This document shows, piece by piece, positions 40,258 through 48,887 of a stretch of 64,000 nt of DNA (position 1 is its first letter; the number at the start of each line of letters is the position of its first letter). A program made the translations under genes and the position numbers. The stretch covers positions 2,370,894 through 2,434,893 of the forward strand of contig OZ241837.1 of NCBI GenBank assembly GCA_965202615.1, given 5' to 3'. The notes under the pieces were generated by a model. It made no database searches, was not told the DNA's origin, and saw only the letters and a list, made by a program, of their open reading frames with translations. Source of the DNA: Arenicellales bacterium. Lineage in GTDB: Bacteria > Pseudomonadota > Gammaproteobacteria > Arenicellales > JAJDZL01.

Positions 40258-41486
40258 CCATTATTCATTGCTTCAAACCCGACTTCAAGGTTTGCAATAA
40301 GATCGTCAGTATCTTCCAGCCCGACGTGCATTCGCAGAGACGGCCCCTTCGCATCCCACTTTGTTGCCGTTCGGGTCGGGCGCGGGTCAAAGGGAATCAG
40401 CAAACTCTCAAATCCTCCCCAGCTGTATCCCATGCCAAACAGTTCAGTTGTGTCGAGTAATCGTCCCAGTGCGGCTTCGGATACGGGATGAAGTTTGAAT
40501 GCAAACAAACCACTCGCCCCCAGAAAGTCCCGTTTCCACAAATGATGCCCCGGATGGTTCGGCATTGCCGGATGGATGACGCTTTCAACTTCCGGTCTTT
40601 GGGAAAGCCATTCGGCAATCACCAAACCAGACTTCCAATGTCTTTGCAGACGAGTCGGCAAAGTGCGCAAACCGCGTAAGCCCAAAAAAATCGGGTCAGG
40701 TCCGGCACATTGTCCGCTCAGACGGACCGTGTCTCTTATTTGATCATAGCACTCCTCAGTACTGGAGATGATTCCCAGCATTGTGTCCGAGTGCCCCGTG
40801 ATGTATTTGGTGGCTGCATGAACTGACACATCGACCCCCAATTCAAACGGTTTCAAATAGAGCGGTGAGGCCCAGGTATTGTCAAGGATTGTAATGATGT
40901 CATGTTCTCGAGCGACCGATGTGATGGCAGGCAGGTCCTGAATTTCAAACGTCAGGGAGCCCGGGGATTCGAGAAAAATGACGCTGGTATTGGATTTGAT
41001 CAGGTCCTTGATCTCATCACCAATTAGAGGGTCGTAGTAAGTCGTTTCGACACCAAATCGCTTCAGCACGCCATCGCAGAACTTGCGGGTTGGATTGTAC
41101 ACACTGTCGGTAACGAGAATATGGTCTCCCTGCTTGACAAATGCAGTTAGCGATTCAGTGATTGAAGCAAGTCCGGAAGAAACCGTAATTGCGGCGCTCG
41201 CACCTTCGAGTTCCGCAACAGCCGACTCAAGAGCAAAGCTCAGGGGTGTTCCGTACCTTCCATAGAGAACCTGGTTTCTTAGTTTACGTCGATTCTCGGA
41301 TTCAAGGAAATCTTCATATGTTTCGTATAAAACGGTTGATCCGTGGTAGACCGGTAGATTGACAAAGCCGTGGCTGTCGTCCTGGTCCCTTCCAAGGTGT
41401 GCGACTTTTGTGGCGGGAGACAGCCTTGAATTCTTCATCGGGTTCCTTGCATAAAGTGGAGATTCGGTCGGCCTCGAATCGGTCAC
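40254..41486 (-). CDS. metC: Cystathionine beta-lyase
   Basis: YGRYGTP, ESPGS, DNTWA, AATKY and GYSWGG motifs. Confidence 0.92.
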   Translation of the reverse strand: MTDSRPTESPLYARNPMKNSRLSPATKVAHLGRDQDDSHGFVNLPVYHGSTVLYETYEDFLESENRRKLRNQVLYGRYGTPLSFALESAVAELEGASAAITVSSGLASITESLTAFVKQGDHILVTDSVYNPTRKFCDGVLKRFGVETTYYDPLIGDEIKDLIKSNTSVIFLESPGSLTFEIQDLPAITSVAREHDIITILDNTWASPLYLKPFELGVDVSVHAATKYITGHSDTMLGIISSTEECYDQIRDTVRLSGQCAGPDPIFLGLRGLRTLPTRLQRHWKSGLVIAEWLSQRPEVESVIHPAMPNHPGHHLWKRDFLGASGLFAFKLHPVSEAALGRLLDTTELFGMGYSWGGFESLLIPFDPRPTRTATKWDAKGPSLRMHVGLEDTDDLIANLEVGFEAMNNG

Positions 41487-42079
41487 AGAATTTGAAAATG
41501 AGCATCTTTAATTTTGCCGTCCAGACCGTTGGTCGGCAAAATATCATTTGGACAGGCTGAAAAGGCGAATATGCAATCCATCAATGCGCGGAACTGAACG
41601 TAATCCCCCGGCTTTGTTTGAGGCGGCTCAAACGATAATTCGCCGTTTTCGGTCCACGGAATATTCATAAATACATTGATCGGAGAGGGCGTTTCCGGAA
41701 CATCAAACCCGAGCTCTTTCATGCTGTTTGCGAGATTGTCAGTGCAGTTGTCGTGATATTCGGTACAGCCGAGCAGTTCATATCGGTAGGTGTCGCAAGC
41801 GGCCATCAGCATATCGTGTATCCCGGGCGAAGTATCTTTCTCCACTTCCACAATTGGCTGTCGCTTATTGGTATAAAGTAAATCGCCGGGTCGGAAAATC
41901 ATGTTCAGCAGTGTCGGCCGCGTATGCTCGTTTGACTGAAATTCATTCAGGTCATTCTGGTTGAATATCCAGGTGTCGACCACCTGACTGCCGTAGGTGT
42001 CAATGACTCGAATGGACTGTCCTTCATTCAGGAAAACGGCTTTTCCTTTCCTTGCTGGAATTATCGACTTGTCTGCCAT
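41483..42079 (-). CDS. Urea-carboxylase-associated DUF1989 protein
   Basis: GSQVVDTW, HDMLMAAC, NCTDN and SACPND motifs. Confidence 0.85.
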   Translation of the reverse strand: MADKSIIPARKGKAVFLNEGQSIRVIDTYGSQVVDTWIFNQNDLNEFQSNEHTRPTLLNMIFRPGDLLYTNKRQPIVEVEKDTSPGIHDMLMAACDTYRYELLGCTEYHDNCTDNLANSMKELGFDVPETPSPINVFMNIPWTENGELSFEPPQTKPGDYVQFRALMDCIFAFSACPNDILPTNGLDGKIKDAHFQIL

Positions 42080-42267
42080 CGTGTTTTTAACCTGGTTGTT
42101 GCGTAGTGAGTGAAAGACTGCAGATGCTGAATTGTATAATACGGGCTAATCAGCGTTGCTCAGGGATGAATCTATTCCGGATATTGCCGAATTCAAGAAT
42201 AGCAAATTGAGTTAGATAAGTAAATCTTTTATTATCAATGCTATAAAGTTTATATATTACGTAAATC

Positions 42268-43713
42268 ATGAATCTGTCTTTTGAACTCTCCAAACTGCTG
42301 CCAGAGATTGTTGTGAGTATCGTGGCGTGCACGATTCTTATTCTCGATCAGACTGCACTGAAGAAGTTCAAGGAGTTGCCGTTCGCACTCACTTTAGGAA
42401 CCCTCGTTGCCGCCTGCATTATATTGGGAAACAGTATTTATCAGGATTCGACGGTGGTGATGGAGGGCATGTTCGCCGCCGATTCTTTCGGGAGTTTAAT
42501 CAAGTTTGCAATTTGCCTGATCACAATTTTTGTATTTGGATATGCGAGAACATACTCGGTAGCACGCGGAATTGCCGGCAGCGAATTCTACGTGTTAGGA
42601 CTTTTCGGTGTGCTCGGCATGATGGTCATGGCATCGGCCGATCATTTGCTGGTCGTTTATCTTGGACTGGAACTGATGTCGCTTTGTCTGTATTCAATGG
42701 TCGCGTTTCAGCGGGATTCGGCTAATGCGACTGAAGCGGCAATGAAATATTTTGTGCTGGGTGCGATCGGTTCGGGTTCGCTGCTTTATGGTCTCTCGAT
42801 CATCTACGGATTGACCGGTACGCTCGAAATCGCAGTGATTAACAGTCAGCTCGCAGGCGCTTCGGCAGACAATCTGCCGTTGATTCTGGCGATTGTTTTC
42901 GTAGTCGTTGCGTTGGCATTCAAGCTAGGCGCAGCACCGTTTCATATGTGGGTGCCGGATGTCTATCACGGCGCTCCCACTTCGACTACGATCTATCTTG
43001 GTACCATTCCAAAAATAGCCGCGTTTGCGATGGTGATTCGACTGTTGATCGGCGGTTTGGGTGAATTGCAGCATTTATGGCAGGATATGTTCATCGTTAT
43101 CGCCTTGCTATCCATCGTAATCGGAAACATCATTGCCATCGTGCAGACAAATCTCAAGCGCATGCTTGCGTATTCGACAATTGCCCACATGGGGTTCATG
43201 CTGCTTGGGATTCTCAGTGGAACGGACGATGGGTTTACCGCGTCATTGTTCTATGTCCTGGTTTATTCCGTTATGAGTCTTGGCGCCTTTGGCATCATCC
43301 TGATCAGCGCCAGGAAGGGCGAAGAACTGGACCTTATCAGTGACTACAGCGGGCTGAACGGTCGGGACCCGTGGATGGCGTTTTGGGTGTTGCTGCTGAT
43401 GTTTTCTTTGGCAGGTGTCCCCCCGACTGTCGGCTTCTATGCGAAACTGGCTGTGATTCAGGCGGTTGTGGAGGTTAAACTGGTATGGGTTGCGGTTATC
43501 GCCGTGTTGTTTGCCGTCGTCGGAGCGTTCTACTATTTGAGAGTGATCAAGGTTGTTTATTTTGATCAGCTCGAAGAGGTGCCGGATTCTTTCAATCGAT
43601 TGCCGGCATCGCGGATGCTTCTTGGATTGAATGCGATGGTGCTGGTGGCAATTCTTCCGTGGGTTGGCAATGTGTTGGCCATTTGCGAAACCGCCATTGC
43701 AAGCTTGAGATAG
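42268..43713 (+). CDS. nuoN: NADH-quinone oxidoreductase subunit N
   Basis: LELMSL, EAAMKYFVLG, FKLGAAPFHMWVPDVY and KRMLAYSTIAH motifs. Confidence 0.93.
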   Translation: MNLSFELSKLLPEIVVSIVACTILILDQTALKKFKELPFALTLGTLVAACIILGNSIYQDSTVVMEGMFAADSFGSLIKFAICLITIFVFGYARTYSVARGIAGSEFYVLGLFGVLGMMVMASADHLLVVYLGLELMSLCLYSMVAFQRDSANATEAAMKYFVLGAIGSGSLLYGLSIIYGLTGTLEIAVINSQLAGASADNLPLILAIVFVVVALAFKLGAAPFHMWVPDVYHGAPTSTTIYLGTIPKIAAFAMVIRLLIGGLGELQHLWQDMFIVIALLSIVIGNIIAIVQTNLKRMLAYSTIAHMGFMLLGILSGTDDGFTASLFYVLVYSVMSLGAFGIILISARKGEELDLISDYSGLNGRDPWMAFWVLLLMFSLAGVPPTVGFYAKLAVIQAVVEVKLVWVAVIAVLFAVVGAFYYLRVIKVVYFDQLEEVPDSFNRLPASRMLLGLNAMVLVAILPWVGNVLAICETAIASLR

Positions 43714-43836
43714 GTTTTTTTGCAGTTCATGGCAACGTTTACAGATTCATACGGATTTATTTCACGCTGTGCAGCAAAATTTGGTGTCGTTGAAATTGTC
43801 GAATTCGGCAAATTCCTGTAAAATAGAAAATTAAGT

Positions 43837-43913
43837 TGCGGGGTGGAGCAGTTCGGTAGCTCGTCGGGCTCATAACCCGAAGGACGTAGGTTCAAATCCT
43901 ACCCCCGCTACCA
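43837..43913 (+). tRNA. tRNA-fMet (CAT)
   Basis: 77-nt cloverleaf with CTCATAA loop, three G-C pairs in the anticodon stem, 1:72 mismatch and CCA end. Confidence 0.95.
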
Positions 43914-43919
43914 GACACG

Positions 43920-43957
43920 CCGGCATTCCGTTCAGGGATGTCGGCTTTGTTTTTTTT
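43920..43957 (+). terminator. Rho-independent terminator after the tRNA
   Basis: CCGGCATTCC..GGGATGTCGG hairpin followed by a T-tract. Confidence 0.7.
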
Positions 43958-44017
43958 AAGGGCACAAGGGACGGAGTCAGCAAATAGCTGGCCGAACAGC
44001 ACAAGGGGGATCAGACA

Positions 44018-45769
44018 TTGGCAGCAGAGATATCAAAAGATTCAAGCAACATTCGATATGAGGTCAATGACCGCCCGCCGAGCGCACTTGCCAGCGGTCT
44101 CGGAATCCAGCTGGCTGTCCTGACCATCGCGGGTATTGTGCTGACACCGGCCATTGTGATCACGGCGGCCGGCGGAGACAAATCCTACATCACGTGGGCA
44201 GTGTTTGGCGCGGTTCTCGTCAGCGGGGTAACGACCGTGATTCAGGCCGTTCGAGTGGGTCGAATTGGCGCCGGGTATGTGCTGGCGATGGGCACTTCGG
44301 GCGCTTTCATCGCGGTATGTGTTGCCGCAATCGCTCAGGGAGGGCCTGCCATGCTTGCCACCCTTGTCGTGATTTCTTCTATCTTTCAGTTCCTTCTGGC
44401 ATGGCGTCTTTCTTTATTTCGCCGGATTTTCACGCCAGCAGTAGCAGGTGCAGTGATCATGCTGATCCCTGTTACCGTCATGCCAATCGTGTTCGGTATG
44501 CTGAGCCAGGTCCCTGCTGATGCTTCACCGGCATCGGCACCGGTCTCAGCGCTCGTAACGGCACTGGTCATTTGCGCGATTGCTTTGAAAGCGAGAGGAA
44601 TTTTTCGTCTTTGGGCCCCGGTCATCGGAATTGTCTGCGGTTCAGTGATTGCTGCCCAATACGGCCTCTACGATTTCAGCAGCATCGCACAAGCAAGTTG
44701 GATCGGTATTCCCGATTTCGCCACCTGGCCGGGATTTGATCTGAACTTCGGACCGGTATTCTGGAGTTTGCTGCCGGCATTCGTGTTCGTGACCCTGGTT
44801 GGGGCAATTGAGACGATCGGCGATGGCGTCGCGATTCAACGGGTTTCGTGGCGGTCACCCCGCGCAATCGACTTTCGCGCGGTGCAAGGCGCGGTCAACG
44901 CCGATGGCCTCGGAAACCTGCTTTCCGGAATTATGGGAACAGTGCCCAATACAACTTATTCTACGAGCATTTCGGTAACCGCAATGACAGGCGTTGGCGC
45001 TCGCAGTATCGGTGTCGCTCTCGGAATTACATTTGTGGCCGTTGCTTTTCTTCCTAAAGTTCTGGCTGTCGTACTCGCGATACCCGGTCCGGTTGTCGCA
45101 TCGTACGTCACGGTGCTGCTGGCGCTGTTATTCGTGGTGGGCATGCGGATTGTGATTCAGGATGGAGTTGACTATCGCAAAGCGCTGATCGTCGGAATTG
45201 CATTTTGGGTTGGAGTCGGATTTCAGAATCAATTGATTTTTCCTGAATATACCGCACAAATCGCAGGTGGACTGTTGAACAATGGAATGACTGCCGGGGG
45301 GCTGACCGCGATTTTTCTGACTCTTTTTGTGGAATTGACGGCCCCGCGAAGGCGACGGCTCTCTGCCTCATTGGCGCTTGAATCCATACCTGACATCAGA
45401 ACGTTTCTGGAGTCATTTGCGAAGTCCTCCAAATGGAACGAATCGACCGCAAACAGACTCACTGCGGTTGCGGAAGAAGCGCTATTGACGCTGTTGAATC
45501 ATAACGACGAACTAGACGACGACTCGCGTCGACAGCATCTGTTGCTGACCGTTCGCAAGGATGGCGGGAGTGCAATCGTTGAAGTGATCGCCGCACACGG
45601 CAAGGATAATCTTGAAGATTGCATTGGACTGATCAGTGATCACAACGATGATGTTTCTGTTGAACGCGAAGTGTCTTTGCGTATTCTGCGACATTATGCG
45701 TCCTCGGTTCAGCATGAGCAGTACCACGATACCGACATTATCACAATTACGGTCGATTTGCAGCATTGA
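44018..45769 (+). CDS. NCS2 (xanthine/uracil) permease with extra C-terminal soluble domain
   Basis: ETIGD, ADGLG and PNTTYS NCS2 motifs, plus a ~140-aa hydrophilic tail. Confidence 0.85.
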   Translation: MAAEISKDSSNIRYEVNDRPPSALASGLGIQLAVLTIAGIVLTPAIVITAAGGDKSYITWAVFGAVLVSGVTTVIQAVRVGRIGAGYVLAMGTSGAFIAVCVAAIAQGGPAMLATLVVISSIFQFLLAWRLSLFRRIFTPAVAGAVIMLIPVTVMPIVFGMLSQVPADASPASAPVSALVTALVICAIALKARGIFRLWAPVIGIVCGSVIAAQYGLYDFSSIAQASWIGIPDFATWPGFDLNFGPVFWSLLPAFVFVTLVGAIETIGDGVAIQRVSWRSPRAIDFRAVQGAVNADGLGNLLSGIMGTVPNTTYSTSISVTAMTGVGARSIGVALGITFVAVAFLPKVLAVVLAIPGPVVASYVTVLLALLFVVGMRIVIQDGVDYRKALIVGIAFWVGVGFQNQLIFPEYTAQIAGGLLNNGMTAGGLTAIFLTLFVELTAPRRRRLSASLALESIPDIRTFLESFAKSSKWNESTANRLTAVAEEALLTLLNHNDELDDDSRRQHLLLTVRKDGGSAIVEVIAAHGKDNLEDCIGLISDHNDDVSVEREVSLRILRHYASSVQHEQYHDTDIITITVDLQH

Positions 45770-45894
45770 ATACCGCGATGCGTTGGAGACATGCCGCGCA
45801 CGGCTTCTTGGCGTTGATTGTTTTTCGCGAGTTGTTGAGATGAAAGATCGCGCTTTGCGGTAACGAAGTTTTTTGATTGTCGCCAGTCCAGTAG

Positions 45895-48432
45895 TCAAAA
45901 GCCCAGGCGCCAGCCCGCCAGTATGCTGATTGTCGGTTCGGCAGCATCACTGTGCCCCGGATGAAACGACAAACCGGCCGCCAGACGAAAATCTCCGTTG
46001 CCAGAGGGCAGGGCACGGCGCCATTGCATCGCCAGGTCAATCTGTCTTCCCGAGGGCTTGAGATCGGCTGAATAAGAAGATTTGAGCACGTCTCCTTCAA
46101 CTGTACGGCCGACCGGTATCGTATATTCGGCGCGGCCGGATTCGATGCGCACCGGTTGCGACAAGGCAAAATTCAACGTGTCGCGCTCATTGAGTTTTGT
46201 CCGGGCACGAAAAGCGAAAGCGCTGGTGGTCAGCGGAGACTTTACCGAAAGCAAACTCTCATCAATGTTGGCGATGGCTGTGCCGACTTCGGCGCCAGCG
46301 CTCAGGTGCCACGAACCGACTTTCAAGTTGCCTTCGAGTCCGGCGAATACCGAGTTGCCTGACATTCGGCCGAAAGCTCCGGCAGCAGAACTTCTGAGCA
46401 ATGACTGGCGTTCAGCCACGACACCGCTTCGCAATGCGATGTTTCTTTTGGAGGGTCGCGATACGAACTCCATGCCAGCGACTCTCGCCTGGTCTCCGTT
46501 GCCTTCGCTTGAGAACAGACTGAAGCCCAATTTGTCCGAAACCGAACGGTTGAGTGCAATTGCCCGTCCCAGCAAGGAGAGATGGCCGCCATCGTTGACG
46601 AGGTCGGGTGTATCCATGAGTTCCAGGCTGAATCGGTTTGAATTCAAATTGGAATGTTCTGCAGGAAGGGCGCCGAGTGTCGGCCGGAAGATTCCGAATT
46701 CACGATCGTTTTCTGTCAAACTCATGAATTTTGTCAACCGCGATTGAATGGACGGACCGGACCGAGTGCTTGCCAAACTGTCAAGCGAATACCAGAACGG
46801 CGCCCCCAATTGATCAAATGCAACGATTTCCTGATTCGCGAACGATCGAGTCAATCCGTCTCCGAAAGCGGCACCCAGGTTCACAGAAGTGCCGTCCAGA
46901 GATATGCCGCCATCATTGACCCGGTTTCCCGAGGCTACGAATGTGATGCCGTCAGGTGTGACGGCTGCGTTGAGGTCCATCAGCCCCTGTCCGTAGATGG
47001 ATTTGTTTGCGTGAATTCCAGTTTTTTTCGCAGTTTTATAGAGTCGCTCGACCAGTTTGGCATTCGAGAGTTGACTCCGAAAGAAGTGTTTCATTACAGC
47101 CAACCCGCCAGTCACCATTGGGGCTGCGAATGATGTCCCGGAGGGTCCGTATGATCCGCGTTGGGCATTTTGCCCTTGGTATGGTCCAAAATATGCAGAT
47201 CGGATTTGGACGCCGGGGGCAGCAATACACCAATCTGCCGCAATTCCGCAGCGGTTGGAGAAGCTCGCGATATCTCCATTGCGGTCAACAGCAACGACGG
47301 CAATGTGGTTTTCTCTTAACTCTGGAATTCTGACTGGAAGTCCAGCCAAAACTCCGGGTGATACCGCATTGACTTTCCCATTGACGTCGCAAAGATTCTC
47401 GTGGCCGGCGGGGAAGTCATTTCGATCACAGTCTCGACCGTGAGAATTGCCGGCCGCCCATACAAAAACAGTTTTGCTGCTCGAGCCGCTCTGCTTTAAC
47501 GCATCGATGTGATTGCCAAGATTGGAGGCAAGGTCTGACTTGCTGTACATATTGATGATTGACCTAAATCCGAGGCTTACATTCACGAAGTCCAATGATC
47601 GTCCGTTGCTTGACCATCCGGTGGCTGCTTTAATGACTGAAGGTTGTCTGGCCGGGTTGTCCCAATATTTCAGACTGGTTAACGCAACTGGAACGAAACC
47701 GCCTCCCCCCGAACCGGCTCGTATGGCAAACATCGTAATATCTGCGCCCCAGGCTACGCCAAGGGCGCCGTCTGTTCGGGTAACGAAATCTAGATCGGGA
47801 TTTGCGACCATTACGCTTGCAACCGCCGTGCCGTGAGAACTACTGCTGCCATCTTCTTTAGTGGCGTCCAGCAGAAGTTCTTCGGTAACCGTTTTGCCCG
47901 CGAAAACCGGATGATTCTCATCGATGCCGGTATCAATCGCGCCGGGAGTAATGCCATCACCGGGGGGCACTGTGTCCGGACCATATTTGAGTTGCAATTG
48001 GGACCAGGCATCGGCCGCTTTGATTTTGTCCAATCCCCATTGATTGGAATATGCCGGGTGGATTGTGTGTACTGTTTTGATTGCTTGGAAGAGATCTTTG
48101 TACAGAACTTCCGTAAGGCAACCTGCGAATGTTGAAAAGCAAGGTTCCGGCGGTTGGGAAGACTGCTGATTCGTCGGTTGGGAAGGCTGCCGAACTGGCT
48201 TCTGGGGAGGTTGCTGAACGGTCGGTGGCGGTTCATCCTGCGGCGGCAATTCATCATCCTGCGGCGGAGGCATTTCATCCTGCGGCGGAGGCATTTCATC
48301 CTGCGGCGCGGGCGTTGATGCTCCACCACCTCCACCCCCGCAGCCGCTTAGTGTCAGACTCACCAACAACAGCAGTAGAAATATTACCTGGGGTCCGGTG
48401 CCAAATGATCTATCGATCCTTGAAGAACGCAT
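45895..48432 (-). CDS. S8 subtilase lipoprotein with C-terminal beta-barrel, copy 1
   Basis: Lipobox LSGC. DTG/HGT/GTSFAAP catalytic triad. Ends WRLGF. Confidence 0.9.
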   Translation of the reverse strand: MRSSRIDRSFGTGPQVIFLLLLLVSLTLSGCGGGGGGASTPAPQDEMPPPQDEMPPPQDDELPPQDEPPPTVQQPPQKPVRQPSQPTNQQSSQPPEPCFSTFAGCLTEVLYKDLFQAIKTVHTIHPAYSNQWGLDKIKAADAWSQLQLKYGPDTVPPGDGITPGAIDTGIDENHPVFAGKTVTEELLLDATKEDGSSSSHGTAVASVMVANPDLDFVTRTDGALGVAWGADITMFAIRAGSGGGGFVPVALTSLKYWDNPARQPSVIKAATGWSSNGRSLDFVNVSLGFRSIINMYSKSDLASNLGNHIDALKQSGSSSKTVFVWAAGNSHGRDCDRNDFPAGHENLCDVNGKVNAVSPGVLAGLPVRIPELRENHIAVVAVDRNGDIASFSNRCGIAADWCIAAPGVQIRSAYFGPYQGQNAQRGSYGPSGTSFAAPMVTGGLAVMKHFFRSQLSNAKLVERLYKTAKKTGIHANKSIYGQGLMDLNAAVTPDGITFVASGNRVNDGGISLDGTSVNLGAAFGDGLTRSFANQEIVAFDQLGAPFWYSLDSLASTRSGPSIQSRLTKFMSLTENDREFGIFRPTLGALPAEHSNLNSNRFSLELMDTPDLVNDGGHLSLLGRAIALNRSVSDKLGFSLFSSEGNGDQARVAGMEFVSRPSKRNIALRSGVVAERQSLLRSSAAGAFGRMSGNSVFAGLEGNLKVGSWHLSAGAEVGTAIANIDESLLSVKSPLTTSAFAFRARTKLNERDTLNFALSQPVRIESGRAEYTIPVGRTVEGDVLKSSYSADLKPSGRQIDLAMQWRRALPSGNGDFRLAAGLSFHPGHSDAAEPTISILAGWRLGF
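48232..48308. repeat. 21-bp coding tandem repeat (PPPQDEM)
   Basis: CATTTCATCCTGCGGCGGAGG repeated units. Confidence 0.85.
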
Positions 48433-48887
48433 TCAATCCTTGAATAATTCATCTGAAAGAACAACAATATAAATTCTAAAAATGAATAAAAACGTAACAT
48501 AATCATGTGAAAAAAGTGATGAACGTTAAAAGTCCGAGGGTCCCAAATATTTCAGTTCGCTGTGTTGCTCAGAAGCGTAACAATTTGACAAGTGAAATTG
48601 AGTCATGCAATTAAATTAGTCCTGCCAAGGATTATCACAAGGTAATTCGATTTCTTGTATTCGTACGCATTTCATTGCATGTTCTGCGACATTAGGTGTC
48701 CTCGGTTCAACATGAACAGTTCCACGATATCGACATAATTTCAATAACTGTCGATTCACAGTGCCGGAAACATCGAAACTCAGAAGACATACCATGCAAG
48801 ACTTCTTTGCGTTGGTTGTTTATTTTCGAGTTGATGGGATGAAAGATCGCGCTTTATGGTGACGATTTTTGTCATTGTCGCCGGTGG

